Origin: an uncultured Clostridia bacterium
Lineage (GTDB): Bacteria > Bacillota > Clostridia > TANB77 > CAG-508
Assembly (NCBI GenBank): GCA_947629045.1
Contig: CANRCF010000002.1
Coordinates: 32,012-96,011, forward strand
Reading direction: 5' to 3'
DNA: 64,000 bases
The position numbers and the translations under genes were made by a program. The notes beneath the pieces were generated by a model. The model was given only the letters and a program-made list of their open reading frames with translations. It had not been told where the DNA came from and made no database searches. Position 1 is the stretch's first letter, and each line of letters opens with the position of its first letter. Of this stretch, positions 1 to 9,400 are shown in pieces.

Positions 1-1224
1 TCTTGCATGTATTATGATTACCCTGCTGAAAAGCTTAATATGATTGGGATTACTGGTACAAAGGGTAAGTCTACAACTGCTTACTATATTAAAAGTATTT
101 TAGATGATTACATGAAAGAGCATGGGCTTCCTGATACTGCTATAATTTCTTCTATTGATACTTATGATGGTAAAACTTTGAAAGAGTCATTAATTACTAG
201 CCCTGAGTCAATTGATATGCAGTATTATATTAGAAATAGTGTTGATTGCAACATTAAGAATTTGGTTATGGAAGTTAGTAGCCAAGCTTTAATGCTTCAT
301 AGAGTTCATGATATTATGTATAAAGTTGGTGCCTTCTTAAATATTTCTGAAGACCATATAAGTAGCATAGAGCACCCTACTTTTGAAAATTATTTTGAAT
401 GTAAATTAAGATTTTTTGACCAAGTAGAAACTGCATGCGTTAATTTAGATTCTGATTATATTGACGTCATCTTAGAGCATAGTAAAAAAGCGAAGAAAGT
501 AATAACATTTAGTCAAAAAGACGAAAATGCAGATGTTTATGGTTATAATGTTCAAAAACAGGGTCATAACAATATTTCATTTTGTGTGAAAACTCCTAAC
601 TTTGAAAATGAAATTTTGCTTACTATGCCTGGATTATTTAATGTTGAAAATGCTTTAGCTGCTATTTCAATAGCAATTGCATTAGATATTCCATATTCTA
701 ATATTTATAATGGCTTAAAGGTTGCAAGGGCAAGTGGTAGAATGGAATCACATGTAAGTAAAGATGGCAGTATTATTGTTATTGTTGATTATGCTCATAA
801 TAAGCTAAGTTTTCAAAAATTATATGAATCGACTAAACAAGAATATCCTGATAAAAAAATTGTAACTGTTTTTGGCTGTCCGGGTGGCAAAGCACAGCTT
901 CGTAGAAGGGATTTGGGTACTTTAGCAGGCATTCATTCTGCAATTAGCTATTTAACTGCTGAAGACCCCGGACCTGAAGATGCCGTTGATATTTGCAAGG
1001 AAATTGCTGAGTATATAAAAAATGGACCCGGTGATTATAAAATTATAGAAGACCGCGGAGAAGCTATTAAAGAAGCTATTTTAGAAAATCCTAATAGTGT
1101 AATTTTAATTACTGGAAAGGGAAATGAAACTAGACAAAAGATTGGAAAGCAATATGTTCCTTGCCTTACAGATACTGAGTATGCTACTGAAGCTTTAGAA
1201 GAGTATAATAAGAAGATTTCGTAA
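1..1224 (+). CDS. murE: Mur ligase family protein, MurE-like (UDP-MurNAc-tripeptide synthetase); 5' end lies outside the window
   Basis: Frame is open from base 1. P-loop GITGTKGKSTT, DYAHN and C-terminal ITGKGNE motifs are typical of MurE-type ligases. Confidence 0.75.
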   Translation, partial: SCMYYDYPAEKLNMIGITGTKGKSTTAYYIKSILDDYMKEHGLPDTAIISSIDTYDGKTLKESLITSPESIDMQYYIRNSVDCNIKNLVMEVSSQALMLHRVHDIMYKVGAFLNISEDHISSIEHPTFENYFECKLRFFDQVETACVNLDSDYIDVILEHSKKAKKVITFSQKDENADVYGYNVQKQGHNNISFCVKTPNFENEILLTMPGLFNVENALAAISIAIALDIPYSNIYNGLKVARASGRMESHVSKDGSIIVIVDYAHNKLSFQKLYESTKQEYPDKKIVTVFGCPGGKAQLRRRDLGTLAGIHSAISYLTAEDPGPEDAVDICKEIAEYIKNGPGDYKIIEDRGEAIKEAILENPNSVILITGKGNETRQKIGKQYVPCLTDTEYATEALEEYNKKIS

Positions 1225-1310
1225 TTAAAATATTATTCACAAGAATATTATTTATAATAATTATTATTCATAAGAGGTATTAGCTCATAAAAAGTATTAC
1301 TCAAAAATTG

Positions 1311-1348
1311 AAAAGGTTATAGTTTTTACATAACTATAACCTTTTTTA
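1311..1348. terminator. bidirectional intrinsic terminator between convergent murE and smc
   Basis: Perfect 12-bp stem AAGGTTATAGTT/AACTATAACCTT with a 7-nt loop. An A-run precedes it and a T6 run follows. Confidence 0.65.
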
Positions 1349-1410
1349 TTTTATGTACAAGTATATATTATTAATGTTAAATATTGCTTTAGTGTCTAAA
1401 TTCCTTTGAT

Positions 1411-4400
1411 TTACCCTTTAAGTTTTAGCGACAATAATTTACTAATACCGTTTTCCTCCATAGTTACACCATATACTGTCTGTGCTACTTCCATTGTTCC
1501 TTTTCTATGTGTAATTATTAAGAATTGTGTGTCTTTGCAGAATTTCTTTAAGTATTCTGCAAAACGATATACATTGACATCATCAAGTGCCGCTTCTATT
1601 TCGTCTAATATGCAGAATGGTGCTGGATTAATACGCAAAATTGCAAATAATAGTGCTATTGCAGTAAATGCCCTTTCTCCACCTGATAATAGCATCATAT
1701 TTTGAAGCTTCTTTCCTGGTGGTTGTACATGAATATCTATTCCACACTCTAAAAGTTCTTCTTCATTTTCTAGTATTAATTCTGCCTTTCCTCCACCAAA
1801 TAACTCTTTAAATACTTCACTAAAGTTTTTGTTGATTTGCTCAAATTTTTCTTTAAATTGCTTTTTCATTGTTTCTGTCATCTCAGAAATTACTTTTCTT
1901 AACTTAGTAGCTGTATTTTCTAAATCTAAACGTTGCTCAGACATAAAGTCGTATCTTTCTTTGGTTTTTTTGTATTCTTCTATTGAGTCAATGTTTATGC
2001 TTCCTAGGTCTTTTATTTTGTTTCGTAATTTGTTTACTTCTTTTTGTGCCTGTGCTACATTTGCTGGTTTTTCATAGCCTTCTGTGTTGTTTGGTGTTAA
2101 TTCATATTCGTTCCAAAGCTGTTCTGTGACAAGACTTAAATCTTGTTCTAATTTTGCTTTCTTAACATCTAATTTAACTAAGCCCTCTTTTAATGTTTCT
2201 AATGTAGAAAATTCATTTGATATTCCCTCTTCTACTTTTGCTAGTTCTTCATTTTTAGAAACTCTTTCTTGCTTTAAGCTTTCTATTTTACTAGAACTAT
2301 TTGCAACCTCTTGCTTTATTTCTTCTATTTGTTTTTCAAAATTTACAATTGCTTCTTGTAATTTTTGATTTTCTTCTTCTACTGATGCAATGGTTTGTTT
2401 CTTTACTTCTATGCTATTTTGCTGATTTTGAATATCTGTATTTATTCTTTCTACCATCTCATCAATTGAGCTTTCGCTTTCATCAAATGAACCAACTGAA
2501 ATTTTAAGGTTTGTGATGTCCATATTTAAATTGTCTATATATGTTTGCTTATCCTTATTTTCTAATGCAAATTGTTCAACAACTTTGTTTAACTCTTCTA
2601 TTTCTTGTGATAAGCTTTCTATTTGATTATTCTTTTCTTCTTTTTGTTTTATGCCATCTTCTTTTTGTTTATCTATTGATACTTGCTCTTCTCTTAGCTT
2701 TTTTAATCTTTCTTCTAGTTTGCTAATTGATTCTTCTAGTGATACCATTTTTTGATTTTCCGTAGCGTAAACAATATCTATCTCTTGTAACTCTTTTTCT
2801 AGCTTTGCTGTTTCTTCGATAATATTACTAATAGATGAAGCATATTCTTCTTTTTCTTCTGTTTTTTGAGAAATTTGTTTTTCTAACTTTTTAAGCTCTT
2901 TTTCTAGTTCTTCTATTTCTCTGCTTCTTCCTAAAATATTTACAGTTTTATTCGCTACACTACCACCTGAAATAGAGCCACTAGGGCTTATTATATCTCC
3001 CTGCAAAGTAACTATTCTAAAAGAATATTTATCTTTTTTAGCAAGTGTTATTGCTGTGTCCATATCTTTTACTACAACAGTTCTACCTAATAAGCTTAAA
3101 ATAATTTGCTCATATTTTTTATTAGCTGTTACTAAGTCTGATGCGATTCCAATAACACCATCTATTTTAGTTAATCTATCTAGCTTTTTGCCTTGTACTG
3201 ATGCTATTGGCAAAAATGATGCTCTACCTAAATTATTTTGTCTTAAATATTCAATCAATTTTTTAGCATCTTGCTCTGTTTGTGTTACAATGTTTTGAAG
3301 GCTTTGACCTAAGCACATTTCTATTGCAAGCTCATATTCTTTATCTACTGAGATTAAATTTGCTAAAACGCCGTGCATTCCTTGCTTTAAGCCACCATTT
3401 CTTTCGCAAGCAATAAGTAATTCTTTTACAGTTTTATGATAGCCTTCTTTCTCCTTTTCTGTTTCTATCAAAAACTGGCGTCTTGACATCTTCATTCTTT
3501 GTGTATATGTAAGTTTATTTATTTCTTCTTCATATTGCTTTAACTTAGCCATATTTTCTTCTTTTGTTTTACTTGCTTTTTCTAATGCTGAAGCTGATGC
3601 ATTTCTTTTTCCCTCAAGCTCATAAAATCCTTTTGAAAGTTCTTGTTTATTGCCTCTACTTAAATCTAACTCAGAAATTACAGAATCTATTTCATTTTTA
3701 ACTTGTTTCTTTCTTTTTTCTAAGTTTTCTGAATTTGCATCTATTGCATTTATTTCACCCGCTAATTGATACTTTAAGTCTGTATTTTGCTCTATTTTTT
3801 GCTTTTTAGCTTCTATTTCTAGCTCTTTAGTAGATAATTTTTGTGTAAGCTCTAAAAGCTCTGCTTCTTTTTCTGCTAAATCTTTTTGAAATCTTTCTTT
3901 ATTTGCACTTAAAGAAGTTTTCTTTTCTACTTTTTGCTTTTGCTCTTCTTGTAGTTCAGTAATTCTAACATTTACTTCTTCTATTTCTTTTTCTAATCTT
4001 TCTTTATTAGTTTGGTTATTTTGTATTCTTTCCTTGCTAATTCCTATTTCAGAATTTATTTTTTCTATTTTATTTGTGCTACCAAATCCAATATTTTGCA
4101 TTTCTTCAACTTGAGTAGTTATATTTTCCACTTCTAACCTTAAAGCTTCTTTTCTAGCTTGTAAACTCTCCATTTTAGAATCTTCATCTGCTTTTTGAGA
4201 ATTCATAATTTCTTCATCTTTTAAAAGCTCAGCTAGCTTTTCTTTATATACCCCAATGTTATATACAAAAAGACCTACTTCAATATTTTTTAATTCTTCT
4301 CTTAAATTTAAAAACTCTTTTGCCTTATCTGACTGTAATTTTAAAGGTTCAATACTACTTTCTATTTCTGACAAAATATCATTTATACGAAGTAAATTTA

Positions 4401-4956
4401 ATTTTGTTTGCTCAAGCTTTTTCTCTGATTCCATTTTTCTAGTTCTATATTTTACAATTCCTGCTGCCTCCTCAAAAATGTGCCTTCTATCTTCTGATTT
4501 ATTACTTAAAATTTCATCAATTTTACCCTGCCCAATAATGCTGTAACCATCTCTACCAATTCCTGTATCCATAAATAGTTCTACAACATCTTTTAAACGG
4601 CATGGAGTTTTATTTATTAAATACGCTGTTTCTCCACTTCTATATACTTTTCTTGTAACTGTTACTTCTGAATATTCAATAGGAAGTTTTCCATCTGTGT
4701 TATCTATAACAAGTGAAACCTCTGCAAAGCCTAGTGATTTTCTTGCTTGCGTTCCAGCAAAAATAATGTCCTCTGATTTAGAACATCTAAGTAACTTTAA
4801 GCTTTGCTCACCAAGTACCCAACGGATTGCATCTGAAATATTGCTTTTCCCAGAGCCGTTTGGGCCGATAACTGATGTAATTCCCTCTTTACATTCTAAT
4901 ATAGTTTTATCTGCAAAAGATTTAAAACCTTGTAGTTCAATTCTTTTTAAATACAT
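1411..4956 (-). CDS. smc: chromosome segregation protein SMC
   Basis: Walker A GPNGSGKSN, long coiled-coil arms, hinge region, signature LSGGE and Walker B ILDEIEAALD. The likely start is ATG at 4956, preceded by AGGTGGA; the track start at 4965 is a GTG inside that RBS. Confidence 0.95.
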   Translation of the reverse strand: MYLKRIELQGFKSFADKTILECKEGITSVIGPNGSGKSNISDAIRWVLGEQSLKLLRCSKSEDIIFAGTQARKSLGFAEVSLVIDNTDGKLPIEYSEVTVTRKVYRSGETAYLINKTPCRLKDVVELFMDTGIGRDGYSIIGQGKIDEILSNKSEDRRHIFEEAAGIVKYRTRKMESEKKLEQTKLNLLRINDILSEIESSIEPLKLQSDKAKEFLNLREELKNIEVGLFVYNIGVYKEKLAELLKDEEIMNSQKADEDSKMESLQARKEALRLEVENITTQVEEMQNIGFGSTNKIEKINSEIGISKERIQNNQTNKERLEKEIEEVNVRITELQEEQKQKVEKKTSLSANKERFQKDLAEKEAELLELTQKLSTKELEIEAKKQKIEQNTDLKYQLAGEINAIDANSENLEKRKKQVKNEIDSVISELDLSRGNKQELSKGFYELEGKRNASASALEKASKTKEENMAKLKQYEEEINKLTYTQRMKMSRRQFLIETEKEKEGYHKTVKELLIACERNGGLKQGMHGVLANLISVDKEYELAIEMCLGQSLQNIVTQTEQDAKKLIEYLRQNNLGRASFLPIASVQGKKLDRLTKIDGVIGIASDLVTANKKYEQIILSLLGRTVVVKDMDTAITLAKKDKYSFRIVTLQGDIISPSGSISGGSVANKTVNILGRSREIEELEKELKKLEKQISQKTEEKEEYASSISNIIEETAKLEKELQEIDIVYATENQKMVSLEESISKLEERLKKLREEQVSIDKQKEDGIKQKEEKNNQIESLSQEIEELNKVVEQFALENKDKQTYIDNLNMDITNLKISVGSFDESESSIDEMVERINTDIQNQQNSIEVKKQTIASVEEENQKLQEAIVNFEKQIEEIKQEVANSSSKIESLKQERVSKNEELAKVEEGISNEFSTLETLKEGLVKLDVKKAKLEQDLSLVTEQLWNEYELTPNNTEGYEKPANVAQAQKEVNKLRNKIKDLGSINIDSIEEYKKTKERYDFMSEQRLDLENTATKLRKVISEMTETMKKQFKEKFEQINKNFSEVFKELFGGGKAELILENEEELLECGIDIHVQPPGKKLQNMMLLSGGERAFTAIALLFAILRINPAPFCILDEIEAALDDVNVYRFAEYLKKFCKDTQFLIITHRKGTMEVAQTVYGVTMEENGISKLLSLKLKG

Positions 4957-4994
4957 TTTTTCCACCTAACTTGCTATTTATATTATTTAATTTT

Positions 4995-5112
4995 GCTAAA
5001 AATATTATGTTTTGCAAGCACCGCTTAAGCGTCCTAAACGAAACGAAGTGAAGCGCGTTTGGAGCAACTTTATGTTGCGACAGCAAGGTGCAAAAAACAT
5101 AATATTTTTAGC
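4995..5112 (+). repeat. GC-rich structured intergenic element, copy 1 (short form, no nested hairpin)
   Basis: AT-rich inverted arms GCTAAAAATATTATGTTTT...AAAACATAATATTTTTAGC enclose conserved blocks ACGAAGTGAAGCGCGTTTGGAGCAAC and GTTGCGACAGCAAGGTGCAAA, shared with copies at 6936 and 9401. Confidence 0.85.
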
Positions 5113-5291
5113 TATATTTAAATGACTATGTATTTTATATCATTTTTCGGCAAAAAAGTAAATTGTTTTACATTTATTTTTTTATTATAATAAGCTTGTT
5201 ATAACAATTTATTTTTAAAAATACATAAAAATTATAGTAAATTTCAAACTAGTATGGTAAAATAGTATTAAAAGTGGAGAGGAATGGTTAT

Positions 5292-5633
5292 ATGATAGAT
5301 GAAAGAACAAAGAAAATTTTAATGGCAATTGTAAAGCATTGCAATATAATAGAAGAAACCAAATTATATTTTGGAGATAATTATAGCAATTTTGAAGAAA
5401 ATAGTATATATCAAAATGCAATACTTACACCAGTAACTCAAATTGGTGAATTGGTAAAACGATTATCAAATGAATTTAGACAAGAAAATAGTGAAATTCC
5501 TTGGAAAAATATCGCAGGAATGAGAGATATAGTAGTTCATAATTATGAAACAATTGACAAACTTATACTTTGGAATGTTGCTGATACAGAAATTGAAAAA
5601 CTAAAAAACTTTTGTATTAATCTTTTGAAATAA
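5292..5633 (+). CDS. hepT: HepT-like (DUF86/HEPN) toxin, predicted RNase
   Basis: RX4HXY motif present as RDIVVHNY, and the ~113 aa size fits. ATG at 5292 lies 8 nt after GGAGAGG; the track start at 5274 is a GTG in the RBS. Confidence 0.8.
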   Translation: MIDERTKKILMAIVKHCNIIEETKLYFGDNYSNFEENSIYQNAILTPVTQIGELVKRLSNEFRQENSEIPWKNIAGMRDIVVHNYETIDKLILWNVADTEIEKLKNFCINLLK

Positions 5634-5645
5634 GGAGGACTACAA

Positions 5646-5939
5646 ATGTCAGAATTAGAAATAATAAGTAAAAAGATAAAACCTGTTGCTCAAAAATATA
5701 ATCTTATGTATGTATGGATATTTGGTTCATATGCTAAAAAGAAACAAAGAAAAGATAGTGATATTGATATTTTAGTACGAACAGAAGATGTTGCAGAAGG
5801 ATTTAAAATCGTAGAGGTAAAATTTGCATTAGAAGAAGTTTTGGAAAAGGAAGTTGATATTGTTACAACAGGTAGTATAAAAGGTTCATTATTAGAAGAT
5901 GAAGAATTAGGCGAAGTTTTAGTATACCAAGCTGAATAA
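5646..5939 (+). CDS. mntA: MNT-type minimal nucleotidyltransferase (cognate antitoxin of HepT)
   Basis: GS-X9-DSDID motif (FGSYAKKKQRKDSDIDILV), 97 aa, RBS GGAGGA, and a 12-nt gap after hepT. Confidence 0.8.
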   Translation: MSELEIISKKIKPVAQKYNLMYVWIFGSYAKKKQRKDSDIDILVRTEDVAEGFKIVEVKFALEEVLEKEVDIVTTGSIKGSLLEDEELGEVLVYQAE

Positions 5940-5969
5940 AATAGTGCAAAAGAAATAAAGGAGATACAA

Positions 5970-6908
5970 ATGTTTAAAGAGAAAGTAGATTTTTATAGCC
6001 CAGTTAGTTTAAAATCGTATAACTTAGACCAAGTAATGCGTTATCAATTAGATGTATTAGAAAGATTAGATCCGTTTACAAGACGACATAGTGAAAATGT
6101 TGCTAATTTAGCTTGTAGAATTTGTGAATATTTGCATTGTACACAAGCATTTACTATTCATTGTACAATTTGCGGATATTTGCATGATGTTGGAAAAATG
6201 TTCATTCCAGTTGAAATTTTAAGTAAGCCGACTAGATTGACTGATGAAGAATATGAAATTATGAAAAAGCATACTACTTTTGGTTATCAAATGTGTATGA
6301 AAGATATTAAATTAAGACCTTATGCATTAGCTGCATTAGACCATCATGAAGCCTTAGATGGCACTGGTTACCCAAATGGTATTACTAAAAAAGACATTCC
6401 TTATGAAGCTCAAATTATACGTGTTGCAGATGAATATGATGCAATTGTTACTAAAAGACATTATACTACTCACGTTAATATTTCTGAAACGCTAAAAGAT
6501 TTAATTAAAAATGCTAAGCCTGATCCTAAATTTCTTGCTCTTGATCAACTTGCTGAAAAACGTAAAGAGGGTAAAGTTAATGGCCTTATTTTAAGAAAAT
6601 TATTTAAAGTTGTTATTGATGATACTTTATATGAAATTAGTGGAATTGTAGACTATGTAAATTACTTAGAACAACAAATTAAACGTCTAGAAGTTATAAA
6701 AGGATATCAGAAAAAAGCTGATAATTCTAATAAGGAAAAAACAAAAAATTATTATCATGAAGGTATGAGATTATTATTACAAGAGGGAGAAACCTTTGAG
6801 AATTATGACACTATATTAAATGAATATAAGGAAGCTCTTGTTAATCGTAATAATTTAATTCAAAGATTATATGACGAAATTAAGATTATTAAGAGATTAA
6901 GAGTTTAG
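5970..6908 (+). CDS. HD-GYP domain phosphodiesterase with a C-terminal coiled-coil-like extension
   Basis: HD (LHDVGK), HHE and GYP (DHHEALDGTGYPNG) motifs. RBS AAGGAG; 30-nt gap after mntA with no intervening terminator. Confidence 0.8.
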   Translation: MFKEKVDFYSPVSLKSYNLDQVMRYQLDVLERLDPFTRRHSENVANLACRICEYLHCTQAFTIHCTICGYLHDVGKMFIPVEILSKPTRLTDEEYEIMKKHTTFGYQMCMKDIKLRPYALAALDHHEALDGTGYPNGITKKDIPYEAQIIRVADEYDAIVTKRHYTTHVNISETLKDLIKNAKPDPKFLALDQLAEKRKEGKVNGLILRKLFKVVIDDTLYEISGIVDYVNYLEQQIKRLEVIKGYQKKADNSNKEKTKNYYHEGMRLLLQEGETFENYDTILNEYKEALVNRNNLIQRLYDEIKIIKRLRV

Positions 6909-6935
6909 AAATTTAAATATATAATTTTTAAAAAA

Positions 6936-7086
6936 AATATAGTTTTTGTGTAGTGGCGCGCAGCGTTCAAACGGAACGAAGTGAAGTGCGCTTGGAGCAA
7001 CCATCATATATTGAAAAAAGATGTAGATATTCTACATCTTTTTTCATAAAAAGTTGCGACAGCAAGCTACAAACAAAAGCTATATT
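6936..7086 (+). repeat. GC-rich structured intergenic element, copy 2 (with nested terminator hairpin)
   Basis: Arms AATATAGTTTTTGTGTAG / CTACAAACAAAAGCTATATT. The same conserved blocks as copies 1 and 3 are present. Confidence 0.85.
7014..7044. terminator. bidirectional intrinsic terminator nested inside repeat copy 2 (serves the HD-GYP gene and the PBP gene)
   Basis: A6-GATGTAGA-tat-TCTACATC-T6, between convergent genes. Confidence 0.7.
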
Positions 7087-7124
7087 ATTTTTTATATTAT
7101 TTACTTATTTTTAATTAAATTTTT

Positions 7125-9347
7125 CTATTTACTAAGTGTTATTTTTACTACTGTTCCTTCTTCTACTGCAGTTCCTTCAATAGGATCTTGGCTAATTACT
7201 GTTCCTGAGCCACTTACACTTAGATTTAAATTTAGATTTCTTAGTTCGGTTTTCACTTGTGATAAGCTTTTACCTATTAAATTTGGAACTTGTTTTGATA
7301 TTCTAGTATCTTCTGAGTTTGTATATAATTTTACAACTGCATTTTTCATAAGTGATGTTCCTTTTAAAGGATACTGTTCTGTTACAATTTCAGTAGAATC
7401 TGCTGATGTACTACATATAAATCCAGCATTTTCTATTATTTTTTTAGCTTCTGCTACTGTTTTATTTACTACATTTGGTAAATTTGTTGTTTTATTTGCA
7501 TCAGTATTCTCTGAACTATCTGATGGGACTTGTAAATATGGTAGTACTTCTTTTAAAATTTGACTTGCAACTGGTGCTGCAACACTACTTCCATAGTGAC
7601 CTTTCGGACCATCTGGGTCATAAAGGGTAACAAGTAACACTACTTCTGGATTTTCTGTTGGTGAAATTGCTAAGAATGATGCTGTGAAGCCTTCATCAGG
7701 ATTTCCTGGATCTGGTTCTGAAGTACCTGTTTTTCCAGCTATTGAATATCCTTTTACTTTTGCTTTTTTACCACTTCCAGTTTCTACAACAGTTTCTAAC
7801 ATATCAAGCATTGTATCTGCTGTTTCTTTTGACACTACTTGTCTTACTTGTACTGGGTCTACTGTTGTTACTGCTCCTGTATCTGTGTTTTTAATTTCTT
7901 TTACTATACGTGGTTGCATTAAAATTCCATCATTTGCAATAGCAGAGGCAGCTGTAATCATTTGAAGTGGTGTTATTTTAAATCTTTGGCCGAATGACAT
8001 TGTTGCAAGCTCTATTTTTCCTACATCTTCTAAATCCCAGAAAATAGAACTATTTGACTCTCCTGAGGTTGCTATTCCAGTTTTTTCAAAAAGGCCAAAA
8101 GCATTATAATATCTGTAACACGTAGATGCTCCTATCTTTTGTCCTAGTTGAATAAATGCTGGGTTACATGAGTTTGATAATGCTTGTCTTAGACTTTGTT
8201 TTCCATGTTTAGTTCCTTCTGAGCATCTCATTTTAATGCCTGACACTACCTGATATCCTATACAATTAAATTCATTTGCCACGTCTGGTTCTTCTATATT
8301 TTCTTCTAATGCTATTGATGCTGTAATTATTTTAAATACTGAGCCTGGTTCATATTTATCTGTTACTGCACGATTTCTATACAAAGAATAAATTGCATTC
8401 ATTCTTTCTTCTGAGCTCATTTTATCCCATTTTTCTTTTTCTATATTTATTGGCATTTCTAATGGCTCATTTAAGTTATAGTCTGGATATGTTGCCATTG
8501 CTAAAATATCACCAGTTTTTGGGTTCATCATTATTGCATTTCCGCCTCTACTACATTTATTTTCAAGGCAAGCTTGCTTTAAATATTTTTCCACAATTGT
8601 TTGAATATTAGCATCTATTGTTAATGTAATATTACTACCATTTTGTGCTGGTATGTATGTTTGATTGCTATCTGGAATAGCGCCTTGAAGTGCATCTTGT
8701 GATTCTACTATTTTTCCAGGGGTTCCAGTTAAAACATCATTCCATGCAGCTTCTAAACCTTCTGCACCTACATTATCTATATTACAAAATCCTATTAATG
8801 AAGATGCTAAATTTTCATAAGGATAATATCTTTTTGTATCTTCATCTATGTTTATTCCTGAATAGATTTCTTCTTCATTCATCCATTCTCTTAGCTTGTC
8901 CACTTTGTCTTTTTCTACTTTTCTTGCTATAACAGAATATGAGGAATTACTATGTAATTTTTCTAAAGTTTCATCATAATCTAATTCAAAAATTTCAGAA
9001 AATGTTTTTGCAAGTTTTTCTTTTAAAGCCTCTGTTTTTTCTTCATCCTTTTTGTCACCTGTATATTCAACTATATTTTTTGGCTCTACACTTACTGTAT
9101 CTACTTGTGCACTTGTAGCCAAAGCCTTGCCTGTTGAATCATATATTGTTCCACGCTTTGGGCTTATTATCTGGTTTTTAGTAGATTGGTAATACATTTT
9201 TTCTTTTAATTCCGCACCTTGCACAAATTGAATAAAGCCAAGACGAATTATTAATGCTAAAATTAAAAGCATAAAAACTATCATGGCTATTCTTAATTTT
9301 TTTGAAATTGTATACACTTTTTTTTCTTTGTTTTTGTGTGTACTCAT
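7125..9347 (-). CDS. class B penicillin-binding protein (PBP2B/SpoVD-like transpeptidase) with two C-terminal PASTA domains
   Basis: N-terminal TM anchor. SxxK (SVFK), SxN (SNS) and KTGT motifs, plus two PASTA-like repeats at the C-terminus. Confidence 0.9.
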   Translation of the reverse strand: MSTHKNKEKKVYTISKKLRIAMIVFMLLILALIIRLGFIQFVQGAELKEKMYYQSTKNQIISPKRGTIYDSTGKALATSAQVDTVSVEPKNIVEYTGDKKDEEKTEALKEKLAKTFSEIFELDYDETLEKLHSNSSYSVIARKVEKDKVDKLREWMNEEEIYSGINIDEDTKRYYPYENLASSLIGFCNIDNVGAEGLEAAWNDVLTGTPGKIVESQDALQGAIPDSNQTYIPAQNGSNITLTIDANIQTIVEKYLKQACLENKCSRGGNAIMMNPKTGDILAMATYPDYNLNEPLEMPINIEKEKWDKMSSEERMNAIYSLYRNRAVTDKYEPGSVFKIITASIALEENIEEPDVANEFNCIGYQVVSGIKMRCSEGTKHGKQSLRQALSNSCNPAFIQLGQKIGASTCYRYYNAFGLFEKTGIATSGESNSSIFWDLEDVGKIELATMSFGQRFKITPLQMITAASAIANDGILMQPRIVKEIKNTDTGAVTTVDPVQVRQVVSKETADTMLDMLETVVETGSGKKAKVKGYSIAGKTGTSEPDPGNPDEGFTASFLAISPTENPEVVLLVTLYDPDGPKGHYGSSVAAPVASQILKEVLPYLQVPSDSSENTDANKTTNLPNVVNKTVAEAKKIIENAGFICSTSADSTEIVTEQYPLKGTSLMKNAVVKLYTNSEDTRISKQVPNLIGKSLSQVKTELRNLNLNLSVSGSGTVISQDPIEGTAVEEGTVVKITLSK

Positions 9348-9400
9348 TTTTTCCTTTCATTATTACATATATTTCTTTATTTTAAATTTATTATTTCAAC

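Noticed and set aside
1406-4969. Plus-strand ORFs (1406-1705, 1829-2077, 4256-4546 and others) overlapping smc.
   Set aside because: They are antisense to a complete, motif-verified SMC gene, have low-complexity Ser/Phe/Leu translations, and lack an RBS.
5215-5421. A 68-aa minus-strand ORF overlapping the hepT start.
   Set aside because: It is antisense to hepT and its promoter region, has a hydrophobic low-complexity translation and no RBS. It is most likely spurious.
9178-9360. A 60-aa minus-strand ORF overlapping the 5' end of the PBP gene.
   Set aside because: It is an alternative frame over the PBP start region. The PBP frame has the expected TM anchor and downstream motifs, and nothing supports a second product.
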